Below are positions 20,979 to 29,050 of a stretch of 64,000 nucleotides of DNA, piece by piece. A program made the position numbers and the translations under genes. The stretch covers positions 22,554 through 86,553 of IMG/VR virus record IMGVR_UViG_3300029267_001213; one strand, 5' to 3'. Position 1 is the stretch's first letter; each line of letters opens with the position of its first letter. This stretch comes from a virus. The notes below the pieces were generated by a model that was given only the letters and a program-made list of their open reading frames with translations, ran no database searches and was not told where the DNA came from.

Positions 20979-20991
20979 TGTTCTTTGAAAT
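20979..20991 (+). promoter_or_regulatory. BoxA-like antitermination sequence
   Basis: TGTTCTTTGAAAT resembles rrn/lambda boxA (TGCTCTTTA) and sits near the start of a long operon. Confidence 0.5.
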
Positions 20992-21166
20992 GCGAATCGG
21001 AACGAAGACATCAGCTTCCAAGAAAAATGTCCCGTTCCACTTTTAACAATTCTTGGCGAGTATCAAAGCGGCCAGAAAAACTGAGGCAAAAAGTAAGACC
21101 TCTTAAACAAATCCTTACCGGATGGCGGCGATACTTTTCCTAGCCGACAGGCAAAACGGAAAGCCA

Positions 21167-21225
21167 GCTTAATTGTTGTTAGAGTGCATCATTGGTAGAT
21201 GGTGCACTCAATAGAATGATTAAGC
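21167..21225 (+). other. Long intergenic hairpin B (candidate RNase III processing site)
   Basis: GCTTAATTGTT/AATGATTAAGC lower stem and GAGTGCATCAT/ATGGTGCACTC upper stem, with G.U pairs. Confidence 0.65.
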
Positions 21226-21286
21226 GAGCAAAAAAAAACGTCCACCACCAGATCATAAAAAACAGATTAAAAAAAAGGAGGCGACC

Positions 21287-21682
21287 ATGAATAGGAAAGA
21301 AAAGAATCAAGGCATGAATTGGGTTAGGCAGTCAACAAGGTTGGCTATCTATCTCAGAGACGGACTTGCTTGTGCGTATTGCGGCGACTCATTGGAACAA
21401 GGCGCACAGCTCACGTTGGATCATTTGAAGCCGCATTCGAAAGGCGGAACGAATGAGGCGAAGAATTTAGTAACGTGTTGCCATAGGTGCAACAGTGCAC
21501 GCGGCAACAGGCCGGTGAAAACATTTTGCAAGACGGTAGCCGAGTATCTTAATCACGATGCGGATCCGGATGAGATTCTCAAGCATGTCAGGCGGACAGC
21601 TCGCAGGCAGTTACCACGGAAGGAAGCACGCAAGCTGATAAAGCGCAGAGGTTCCGTGGCGAGAGTACTGGCGAGAATGTAA
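21287..21682 (+). CDS. HNH endonuclease
   Basis: RDG..CAYCG....LTLDHLKP.SKGG.N...NLVTCC.RCN..RG motif. Confidence 0.93.
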   Translation: MNRKEKNQGMNWVRQSTRLAIYLRDGLACAYCGDSLEQGAQLTLDHLKPHSKGGTNEAKNLVTCCHRCNSARGNRPVKTFCKTVAEYLNHDADPDEILKHVRRTARRQLPRKEARKLIKRRGSVARVLARM

Positions 21683-21721
21683 GCGAATAAAAAAATGTAA
21701 ACCATAAAAAGGAGGCGAGTT

Positions 21722-22075
21722 ATGAGAATTAATTACACATGCAAAAAATGCGGTCAGATAATTCCGAAGAAAGATATTGATGAATTTCAGGATGGATTGA
21801 AATGCGGCGGTGATCCTGAATGGGATTGTATTCCTGCATGGTGTGGTGATTGTGCTGAAAAATGTTCGGCTGGCTCGGCAGAGCCGTATGATGAAATACA
21901 GGAAAAGAATCCTGTAAAATCATATTTGGCGGACATCAAATACAATGTAGATTTACTTCTGGCAGATAAGGATTTCATGGAAAACTTTGAAGACAGCGAG
22001 CATGTTGTTACGGAACTGGAGAAGGCCAGAAAGATACTTTGCAATGTATGGGATTACATTGGTGAGAGAAAATAA
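21722..22075 (+). CDS. Hypothetical protein with N-terminal Cys4 zinc site
   Basis: CKKC...CGDC. GGAGGCG RBS. Confidence 0.65.
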   Translation: MRINYTCKKCGQIIPKKDIDEFQDGLKCGGDPEWDCIPAWCGDCAEKCSAGSAEPYDEIQEKNPVKSYLADIKYNVDLLLADKDFMENFEDSEHVVTELEKARKILCNVWDYIGERK

Positions 22076-22089
22076 AGGAGATCAGAACA

Positions 22090-22284
22090 ATGAAAAAAGC
22101 AATAAAGAAAATAAAAGTTAATTCAATGGGTGAGGCGCACAAAATAGCAATGGCGGTTGCTTTTAATTCTGGCAGGACAATCGAGGCCAGAGAAATGTTC
22201 GGCTGCTTTTTAATAATAAAAAATTCAGAGACTGTTTTGGCCATAGTTGGGGTTGGTCAAAAAAGTAAAGGAGATGTACAATGA
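22090..22284 (+). CDS. Hypothetical early protein
   Basis: AAGGAG RBS, coupled to the next gene. Confidence 0.55.
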   Translation: MKKAIKKIKVNSMGEAHKIAMAVAFNSGRTIEAREMFGCFLIIKNSETVLAIVGVGQKSKGDVQ

Positions 22285-22514
22285 GTAAAATAGAAACCGA
22301 CAGAAGAGAAATACTGGACGCTATTCATGCATTGGAATACGCAAATGAAAACGATTATGCATTGGATGGCATTACAGACGAAGATGTAAAAAATTTCAGA
22401 GCTGTAGGCGGGGCAATATTTGAACTGAGAAAAAATTCTGCTGTTCGGAATTTATGCAGGAGCTTGAATCTCAGCATGGAAGACGTTCTGAACATTGCCA
22501 TAAGATTTATGTGA
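22281..22514 (+). CDS. Hypothetical early protein, paralog of the 24759-25127 N-terminus
   Basis: NENDY...GITD..V..FR..G and LNLS.E.V..IA shared with 24759-25127. Confidence 0.65.
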   Translation: MSKIETDRREILDAIHALEYANENDYALDGITDEDVKNFRAVGGAIFELRKNSAVRNLCRSLNLSMEDVLNIAIRFM

Positions 22515-22702
22515 GCGATGCAATGACAAACAGGAAAGGTAAAATAAGGAAAGTAAAAATAACCAATCAAAGGCGAGCGAAGTGTTTCTACTGCAAGCGC
22601 ACGGAACCAAGCTCAAAACGACTTCGAGAATTTGAAGCAATGCCGGACGAAGAATTCGACAGATTTTATTGCGGATGCCGGGATCCTGTTTCTAGACGAT
22701 AA
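22511..22702 (+). CDS. Small Cys-containing hypothetical protein
   Basis: AKCFYC...PSS...D.FYCGC. GTG overlapping the previous stop, or ATG 22523. Confidence 0.55.
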   Translation: MSDAMTNRKGKIRKVKITNQRRAKCFYCKRTEPSSKRLREFEAMPDEEFDRFYCGCRDPVSRR

Positions 22703-22730
22703 CCTTTTTTCAATCAGAAATAATTTTATA

Positions 22731-22798
22731 GCCAAGCGAAAGCCGGAACATTGTTTCCGGCTTGTCGGAGTGTGGCGACTCCGGCCTGATGAGCAGCC
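22731..22798 (+). ncRNA. Hammerhead ribozyme, type II permutation
   Basis: GC-GAAA (22736-22741), stem III GCCGGAA/TTCCGGC, CUU cleavage triplet (22761-22763), stem I GTCGGAGT/ACTCCGGC, CTGATGA-GC (22786-22794). Intergenic. Confidence 0.8.
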
Positions 22799-22816
22799 GA
22801 AAAAAAGAGGTGAGCT

Positions 22817-23020
22817 ATGAAAAACAAAAAGGCGAAAAAGAAACTGAATGAGGCGGAACGAGAGTACAGCAAAGTACTTCGGACATATTCCGATACGATG
22901 CTGGCCGAAACGATTGAGACGCTTGTGAGAGAGCACAAGAATCTCAGGATGAAAAAGACCATGGCAATTCATGAAGCACAGCGGCGTGGTTTTGCTGGCA
23001 TTTGCCAGTCAAAAAAATAG
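22817..23020 (+). CDS. Hypothetical early protein
   Basis: GAGGTG RBS directly after the hammerhead. Confidence 0.55.
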   Translation: MKNKKAKKKLNEAEREYSKVLRTYSDTMLAETIETLVREHKNLRMKKTMAIHEAQRRGFAGICQSKK

Positions 23021-23029
23021 GAGGCGAAA

Positions 23030-23299
23030 ATGAAGGGCAAAATTAAAATCGAATCGTTGAAGCGGTTCTTAGCAGTGAAGGTGGACGAGGCAACGTTACA
23101 ATCGGATGAGTATCGCAAAAAGGGCGAACACAAGGCGGCAGATATAGCGCATGGCCGGACGGATGCTTATGTGTATTTGTTCGATTTGTTTTTAAGAATT
23201 GATGATGCTGAGAATCCGGACAGTGATTTGAATCATCGAGTGCAGACAATATCTGCACAGATAAGGAGATTACAAAATGAAAAAGCGAAAGGGATCTAA
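23030..23299 (+). CDS. Hypothetical early protein
   Basis: GGAGGCGAAA RBS. Confidence 0.6.
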   Translation: MKGKIKIESLKRFLAVKVDEATLQSDEYRKKGEHKAADIAHGRTDAYVYLFDLFLRIDDAENPDSDLNHRVQTISAQIRRLQNEKAKGI

Positions 23300-23368
23300 T
23301 AAACCGAAGCCGATTAGCAATGAGGACGTCAAACATTGGGCGTAGCCAAATAAAAAAGAGGGTGAATC

Positions 23369-23845
23369 ATGAACATTATTAAAAAGAACAGCGGTCACAA
23401 AATAGCAATGGTCAGCCATGCGAGAGCTTGTCAGAATAAAAATAATTATGAAGATGAAAATCTTCCAAAGGACAAGGCTACTCTGGTATTTTTCCTTATG
23501 AGAAAATGGCTGGAGATTGGAAATAAAAATGCATGGATCAGAGAGAGTATGGATCCTCCATTCAATGTGGAATCATTTTGCCCGTGTTTGTCCAGAGAAG
23601 ACCTTCAAGAAAAATTCGAACATGGGAACTGGTGTCTCGGTCAGGCGTTTTATTACCTGAAGGATGGCAAGGGTTATTGCTTTATCAATCAGATCAACGG
23701 CGGTGATGAATGGCTGGTTATCAGAAACTGTATTCAGTTTGAAAGTGTGACCATGGCGGCTGTAATACGGGACGGAAAATTTGAGGACTTTCTTGACCGG
23801 ATCGAAAAGGCTACAGACAGCCAGTTAGCAAGACTGGAATACTAA
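23369..23845 (+). CDS. Hypothetical early protein
   Basis: GAGGGTG RBS. Conserved-looking HGNWCLGQAFYY...CFINQINGGDEWL segment. Confidence 0.65.
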   Translation: MNIIKKNSGHKIAMVSHARACQNKNNYEDENLPKDKATLVFFLMRKWLEIGNKNAWIRESMDPPFNVESFCPCLSREDLQEKFEHGNWCLGQAFYYLKDGKGYCFINQINGGDEWLVIRNCIQFESVTMAAVIRDGKFEDFLDRIEKATDSQLARLEY

Positions 23846-23855
23846 GGAGAGGACA

Positions 23856-24086
23856 ATGCCAAAGAAACAGAACAAGGAAAAGAAAATTCGGGAACTGGAC
23901 AAAGAGATAAGAAAGACATTCCGTGAAATTTCGGACATCGGTTACGAGCTTTTCGATCTCTCAGGCGTAACATGGCAGGAGCAGGAGATACTTGAAGAAC
24001 GGTTTAAGGACCTGCATGTAAAAAAGAACCGGTTAGTCAGAAAGTTCAAGCGTCTTACCGGGGAGGGAAAATACGATGCCTTATAA
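23856..24086 (+). CDS. Hypothetical coiled-coil protein
   Basis: AAGGAGAGG RBS. Confidence 0.55.
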   Translation: MPKKQNKEKKIRELDKEIRKTFREISDIGYELFDLSGVTWQEQEILEERFKDLHVKKNRLVRKFKRLTGEGKYDAL

Positions 24087-24567
24087 AATTGAATGGAACG
24101 GCGGAGATTATAGCAACGTGGAACACGGAAGGTTTTATTGGGATGGCGAGTGCGGTCCATGCGGAAGGCCATCTGTAAAACGCAAAGGAGGGGTGAATAA
24201 AAATATACCGATTGTGGTTGATGCGTTTCTGGATTGCAGAGGGTATTCTCCGCAGTTGATCAGGATGCAGGGGTTATCTTTCATTGCTGGTGAGATTGTA
24301 GCGAAAGCATTGCACGACAGAATATCTTTCCTGCGGTGCAGTCATCCGGCAATAGGTTATGGTCCCGGCGGCAAGAAAACATACTTCTTGGTTCATCCCG
24401 GATTGATTGATCGTTTTATGACAGTATCCGGCTGGGGTGGTCGTAATGACAAGGAGAAGGGTCGGTCGGATGCCATAGGCGAAGTGGCATTGGCGATGAT
24501 AGATTTAATTCCTTCGGCGGATGAATGCGAAAAGATGGCAGCCAGCATCAAGGAGAAAGCAAAATAA
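24076..24567 (+). CDS. Hypothetical early protein
   Basis: GGGAGGG RBS, coupled to the previous gene. Confidence 0.55.
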   Translation: MPYKIEWNGGDYSNVEHGRFYWDGECGPCGRPSVKRKGGVNKNIPIVVDAFLDCRGYSPQLIRMQGLSFIAGEIVAKALHDRISFLRCSHPAIGYGPGGKKTYFLVHPGLIDRFMTVSGWGGRNDKEKGRSDAIGEVALAMIDLIPSADECEKMAASIKEKAK

Positions 24568-24580
24568 AGAGAGGTAAGCA

Positions 24581-24766
24581 ATGGCTAAGAAATATTATCA
24601 GGTCACTTTGACAGTGACGGTCGAAGAAAATGATCTTATCGAATCAGAACTGGATGTTGAAGGATGGATATGGAATCAGCTTCATGAAGAGAATGAGTAT
24701 ATGGAACTTAATGCTATTAATGCAACAGAACATGTAAACCTTAAAAAGGAGGCGGGCTATGAATGA
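24581..24766 (+). CDS. Small acidic hypothetical protein
   Basis: GAGGT RBS. Confidence 0.55.
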   Translation: MAKKYYQVTLTVTVEENDLIESELDVEGWIWNQLHEENEYMELNAINATEHVNLKKEAGYE

Positions 24767-25127
24767 CATAAGAAAGAAACTGATGGACATGGACCGGGAA
24801 AAAATTTACAGCGCGATTCTAAAGCACGATTCAGAAAACGAGAATGATTATACTCGGGAGGGAATAACAGACCGAGAGGTGAGGATGTTTCGCATAATAG
24901 GAATGCGCGGGATGGATGCCTTGTGGGTTGACGTAAAAGATTTGGCGAAGATGTTGAATCTGTCCGGCGAGACAGTCATGTCTATAGCGGAAGAATATTT
25001 TTCAATCTGCGAAAACTGCGGCAAGCGTATTACGGAATATGATATTAAAGTTTATCGGGACGGTGTAAATCATCCGGATGGCATTCCGTCATATTGTGCA
25101 GATTGCGCGGAATTAGAATCAGCATAA
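24759..25127 (+). CDS. Hypothetical two-module protein (22281-like domain plus 21722-like zinc site)
   Basis: Similarity to two other genes in the block. GGAGGCG RBS. Confidence 0.65.
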   Translation: MNDIRKKLMDMDREKIYSAILKHDSENENDYTREGITDREVRMFRIIGMRGMDALWVDVKDLAKMLNLSGETVMSIAEEYFSICENCGKRITEYDIKVYRDGVNHPDGIPSYCADCAELESA

Positions 25128-25170
25128 ATAAAACCGTCCACCACCAGCCCCATAAAAAAGGAGAGGCAAT

Positions 25171-25368
25171 ATGGATTACAAAACAAGAACAACATTAACA
25201 GAAAACAATGAAGGCAAATGGACGGTATCTGTTCAGGCATATGATAAGACCGTCTGGACAGGCGGGTATTATCATTCTTTTGGTGAGGCTTGTGCAGCTG
25301 CCGAGCGTGCAATAGGCGACGTTTATCAAATGATTGCAAGGCGCGAAGGAGGAGAAAAAAAATGTTGA
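25171..25368 (+). CDS. Hypothetical early protein
   Basis: AAGGAGAGG RBS. Confidence 0.55.
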   Translation: MDYKTRTTLTENNEGKWTVSVQAYDKTVWTGGYYHSFGEACAAAERAIGDVYQMIARREGGEKKC

Positions 25369-25652
25369 ACCTTTCAGACAGCATGCTCAAGGAATTGAGA
25401 ATTCTCAAAAGACATTCGGACGGCAAGATGGCATTCGGCATGAAGATCAAGGATAAGCCTCCGGTGTGCAGAACTGAAATGTTACTTAGCGTAGCTAATG
25501 AATTCGTTCAAAAAGGTTATGCAACATTCATGGATATTGATAAATCCAGAGTGAAGATAACCAAGGAGGGAGAAAAGCTCGTAGAAAAATTTTTTAATCG
25601 CAAGACATACAAGGCCGATAAGCGGTTTAATTATCTGGCACAGTCCAAGTAA
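25362..25652 (+). CDS. Hypothetical protein (possible winged helix)
   Basis: ATG 25362 after AAGGAGGAG. F..KGY......VKIT.EGEK wHTH-like tail. Confidence 0.55.
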   Translation: MLNLSDSMLKELRILKRHSDGKMAFGMKIKDKPPVCRTEMLLSVANEFVQKGYATFMDIDKSRVKITKEGEKLVEKFFNRKTYKADKRFNYLAQSK

Positions 25653-25669
25653 TAAAAAGGAGGGTAACA

Positions 25670-26332
25670 ATGAACGGAACAAAAAACGCAGACAGGCCGA
25701 AGGAATTCGGACAGGTATGTGTATGGCCGGGAACGGTAGTGAAGACGGCGAGGGCTGAAGGAGACAGCGTAAAAGATTTCGAAGAGCATGTGCGAAAAGA
25801 ATTTGGCGTGCGGGTAATGTATCTTGAGGAGATTACAACAGCCCCGGACATCGAGAATGGTAAACCTGTTGAAGGCACAGGCGGAAGGAATGATTTGTTT
25901 TTCGCTGTACACAATGAGGACGTTGAAAAGTTCGCAGTGCCGAGGCTGTCGGTGGGAATCCGCTGGATAGGCGATGTCCTGTCAAAAGAAAATTATCTGA
26001 GTCCAATATATCCGGAGAGGGTATTTGAGTACGTTTTGAGAAAAGATGTGCTTACGAAATACGCGGATGATGATGGCGAAGATGATGATTGTGATTCCTA
26101 CTTCGAAGACATTGAGCGTCTGGAAGAAATCCGTGAAAGGATGCATGAGCTTCTGGAGGAGGCCGAAGAAATAGTTCGTAATTTCGAAGGCGGCGATATG
26201 GCATACCAGAGGGCGAAGAGTTACTGGCTGGCACATATCAAAACGGCATTGGACGATGAGCATGATTATCTTGGCGGTTCAATGGTAACCATGGAGGACA
26301 CTATTAACGAGATGGAGAAAGTAAACCAGTAA
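25670..26332 (+). CDS. Hypothetical protein, apparently two domains joined by an acidic linker
   Basis: GGAGGGTAAC RBS. DDDGEDDDCD linker between an alpha/beta region and a helical region. Confidence 0.65.
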   Translation: MNGTKNADRPKEFGQVCVWPGTVVKTARAEGDSVKDFEEHVRKEFGVRVMYLEEITTAPDIENGKPVEGTGGRNDLFFAVHNEDVEKFAVPRLSVGIRWIGDVLSKENYLSPIYPERVFEYVLRKDVLTKYADDDGEDDDCDSYFEDIERLEEIRERMHELLEEAEEIVRNFEGGDMAYQRAKSYWLAHIKTALDDEHDYLGGSMVTMEDTINEMEKVNQ

Positions 26333-26356
26333 AAACAGAAAGGAGTAACAGAAAGC

Positions 26357-26602
26357 ATGATTTGTGTAATGGCAAAAATCAGGAGAGGTGAGTTCACTGT
26401 AGGTGGTCAGAAATTCGAACCTGTCGAAATGAACAGGCTGTTCGATGTGCCCGTAGACAACGTGGCGACAGCAGAAAAGGAGGTAAAAAAACAGATCGAA
26501 AAAATAAATAAAACTGGACGGCAGGGAAACTACGAGTATATCGGTCCCTGTAAAATGGCAGACAGCGGTGTTCAGCCCAAAGTCAAAGCCAAGGCTGAGT
26601 AA
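26357..26602 (+). CDS. Hypothetical protein
   Basis: AAGGAG RBS. Confidence 0.55.
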   Translation: MICVMAKIRRGEFTVGGQKFEPVEMNRLFDVPVDNVATAEKEVKKQIEKINKTGRQGNYEYIGPCKMADSGVQPKVKAKAE

Positions 26603-26635
26603 CTCAAAACGAAACAGAGAAAGGAGAAGAAACAG

Positions 26636-26956
26636 ATGGCGAAAAAAACAGGAAAAGGATCAAGCAACAAAGCCCCGAGCGCAACAAATCAGGAACCCAA
26701 GACAGACCCGAAACCTCCGGCACCGAAGACAAGCGAAGTCGTTTTCGAAAAAAAGGAAACGAAGACTCTGGTGATTGAAGATGACTCCAAGAAACGGGCC
26801 ATTTTTATCAAGGAGAAAGGCGAGAGAAAATCGTTGGTCATCCTTCGTTTTGCAAAGCAGCTTTATGTCAAAATGTCGGATGAGCAGCGCAAGGAGGTCG
26901 CGGAGGCATCCCTGAATGCAGTCATAAGCTCATTCAATAAACAGGGATGGAAGTAA
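26636..26956 (+). CDS. Hypothetical basic protein
   Basis: AAGGAG RBS. Confidence 0.55.
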   Translation: MAKKTGKGSSNKAPSATNQEPKTDPKPPAPKTSEVVFEKKETKTLVIEDDSKKRAIFIKEKGERKSLVILRFAKQLYVKMSDEQRKEVAEASLNAVISSFNKQGWK

Positions 26957-26963
26957 CAGCGGT

Positions 26964-27014
26964 TTAATTACTGCTAGGGCCTACCAGCAATGGTAGGTCC
27001 ACTGGAGTAATTAA
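26964..27014 (+). other. Long intergenic hairpin C (candidate RNase III processing site)
   Basis: TTAATTACT/AGTAATTAA lower stem, GGGCCTACCA-GCAA-TGGTAGGTCC upper stem. Similar to hairpin A. Confidence 0.65.
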
Positions 27015-27039
27015 GCTCCCATAAAAGGAGGCGAAAAAA

Positions 27040-27270
27040 ATGGACGCAGGAATAGAGCTTTGTTCTTTATGTGATTATGAGCTTTATAATTTGCTGGATA
27101 GTCTCATAGCAAAAAAGCAACGGTACTACGAGATGACAGCATTGGGCAAAGACGAAAAGCTCATGGAGATGCTTCGAGATGTTTATCATCTGGATATCGA
27201 AAAAATAGATTTGGATATTCAGCGTGTCGAAGAAGAACTGGACATTCGATTTTCGGAAGAGACCTATTAA
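27040..27270 (+). CDS. Hypothetical early protein
   Basis: AAAAGGAGGCGAA RBS. Confidence 0.6.
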   Translation: MDAGIELCSLCDYELYNLLDSLIAKKQRYYEMTALGKDEKLMEMLRDVYHLDIEKIDLDIQRVEEELDIRFSEETY

Positions 27271-27285
27271 CAAAAGGAGGCGAAA

Positions 27286-27585
27286 ATGAAAAACAAAATA
27301 GCGACTAATCGGCTTCTTGATTCGGTATGGACATTAGAATACCAAGAACTGAACACGGGTGAAATAGAAATCATTTCGTATTCAAGGGATAACCCATACG
27401 GATATGATCGGGAAAGAGAAGTGCCAATGGTCAGGCTTGTTGAGGAAGACCCGAACAGGACCGTGAAGGCAGTAAGGTTTGCAGAATACGAACAATTCGG
27501 ACGTTGCACGAAGTGGGGTGAGTCTATTCCTGTTGCAAATCCAAAGCCAGTTTTTCAGTATCCATATCAGGGTCAGGTACAATGA
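27286..27585 (+). CDS. Hypothetical early protein
   Basis: AAAAGGAGGCGAA RBS. Confidence 0.6.
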   Translation: MKNKIATNRLLDSVWTLEYQELNTGEIEIISYSRDNPYGYDREREVPMVRLVEEDPNRTVKAVRFAEYEQFGRCTKWGESIPVANPKPVFQYPYQGQVQ

Positions 27586-27965
27586 AAAAAAGAAGACAAA
27601 AAAAGCCTACATTCATTGAGAGAAAGATACTGATGAAGTATCTCAATCTTAGGCGAGTAGAATGTAAGGTTAAAGAAATGTCAGCATTGCTGAATGAAAA
27701 TTATTATGAAGCTGTTATCGCAAATGCAGAACGAAAAATTGTTCATACTATCCAAAGAGAGCTGGCAACCTTTTCGAATGAACATCTGCAATCCATAACG
27801 GCACATTACATAGAAAGGGCTAATGAAGAAATAGACGTTTATACAAAAAAGCGACATAGGAAAATCGAGGAAGAAAGAAAGGCGTATTGCAAACAAAAAA
27901 GGAGGCGCGATGACGAAGAAACAGGAACCGAAAAGAAAAGCAGCCATGCTGGCAAAGTGTCATGA
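27582..27965 (+). CDS. Hypothetical basic protein
   Basis: ATGA overlap with the previous gene. Confidence 0.5.
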   Translation: MKKRRQKKPTFIERKILMKYLNLRRVECKVKEMSALLNENYYEAVIANAERKIVHTIQRELATFSNEHLQSITAHYIERANEEIDVYTKKRHRKIEEERKAYCKQKRRRDDEETGTEKKSSHAGKVS

Positions 27966-28194
27966 CTGCATGGGACATTATGCTGATGGCATGGTTGACT
28001 GCGAGAACGTTGGATGTCCTTTATATTCATGGATGCCTTACAGAGAAAAAGATGCAGACCTTGAATGGATGAAGTACAATCCAAAGCGTAAAGGTAAAGT
28101 AGTTAAGGAGAAAAAGAAACTTACTCCAGAGCAGCGTGAAATACTGAGTAAGCGCATGAAAAAGACAAGGAGAAAGTTAAAGAAAGGAAATTAG
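27910..28194 (+). CDS. Hypothetical Cys4 protein
   Basis: AKCHDCMG.Y.DG..DC....CPLY motif. GGAGGCG RBS. Confidence 0.65.
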   Translation: MTKKQEPKRKAAMLAKCHDCMGHYADGMVDCENVGCPLYSWMPYREKDADLEWMKYNPKRKGKVVKEKKKLTPEQREILSKRMKKTRRKLKKGN

Positions 28195-28197
28195 TTC

Positions 28198-28608
28198 ATG
28201 GCACCGAAGAGACAGCCCAAGCGATTCAAAAAAAGAGAGCGCATGAAAAAAGGCATGGAGCTGCGGCGTCTGGCTCAGGATGCGGTAAGTAAGATTGACG
28301 AAACGGCACAAGTTCAGTGGGGGTGGGATCAAGGACATATGCTGATAGTAATATTTAAGCGCAGGGATATACTTGATGAAGCAAAAAAACATGCATCAGT
28401 CGGATGCAAGCCCGGGCACTACAGCGTACCAATGGCTACAGATTTCATTCATAAGAAAGAAACTGAGGCGAAGGATGAGCTGAAAAAAGCAATCAGGACT
28501 GCCATTGGCAAAGATACTCCGGTAGCGATACATGCATATAATCGGGCTTATGAAGATGTGCTCGGCGTTAAACATGTAGGAGGAGGCGATGTCAGGAATA
28601 TTAAATGA
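28198..28608 (+). CDS. Hypothetical protein
   Basis: ORF in operon order. Confidence 0.5.
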   Translation: MAPKRQPKRFKKRERMKKGMELRRLAQDAVSKIDETAQVQWGWDQGHMLIVIFKRRDILDEAKKHASVGCKPGHYSVPMATDFIHKKETEAKDELKKAIRTAIGKDTPVAIHAYNRAYEDVLGVKHVGGGDVRNIK

Positions 28609-28933
28609 TGTTCTGGACAGATGTTATGGATACGGTGGACCACTACTGAGCAGCGACCGTGAGGCAATTCAGGAATACGTCAGGCAGCCAAGCGAGGAAG
28701 GATGGAACAGAATAAAGGATGTCGTGGTCAATCCTAATTACGGACTGGGACTGAGTGTTGAAAATGCTCTGGTCGGATGGATGCTAAATCTGGATGCTTC
28801 TGTCTTTTCAAGAGAGAACATGCGTCAGCAAATTATCAATCGAAGGATTCAGCCACCCAGCGGATTCAATCTGGTGCAAGCTTTAAAATTCGTAACAGCA
28901 AGGTATGAAAAACAGAAAGGCAATCGGGCGTAG
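28589..28933 (+). CDS. Hypothetical protein, last gene of the early block
   Basis: GGAGGAGGCG RBS. Confidence 0.55.
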   Translation: MSGILNDVLDRCYGYGGPLLSSDREAIQEYVRQPSEEGWNRIKDVVVNPNYGLGLSVENALVGWMLNLDASVFSRENMRQQIINRRIQPPSGFNLVQALKFVTARYEKQKGNRA

Positions 28934-28941
28934 CCAGTGAT

Positions 28942-29050
28942 TTTCCTTTCCGGCATACAGCCGATAGAACCAGATAATGCGGACAGGGTTTTAAGATTCG
29001 CCTCTTTTTTACCTGTTTGTGGTTCTGTCGGTTGTATGCTGGGAAGGAAA
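28942..29050 (+). ncRNA. Long G.U-rich RNA hairpin, candidate antisense sRNA
   Basis: 31 bp outer stem (28942-28972 with 29020-29050) whose four non-Watson-Crick pairs are all G.U, plus an 8 bp inner stem. Apex contains TTCGCCTCTTTTTT. Confidence 0.65.

Noticed and set aside
21084-21120. preQ1-I riboswitch or pistol ribozyme
   Set aside because: The hairpin, A-rich linker and pseudoknot layout is similar, but the conserved ligand-binding or catalytic nucleotides are not evident. It is kept only as part of an unnamed structured RNA candidate.
23300-23360. Second hammerhead ribozyme
   Set aside because: It lacks an intact CUGANGA/GAAA core and the required stems.
25141-25148. E. coli Chi site (reverse complement CCACCAGC)
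   Set aside because: The sister repeat at 21245-21252 reads CCACCAGA and does not match, and the host Chi sequence is unknown.
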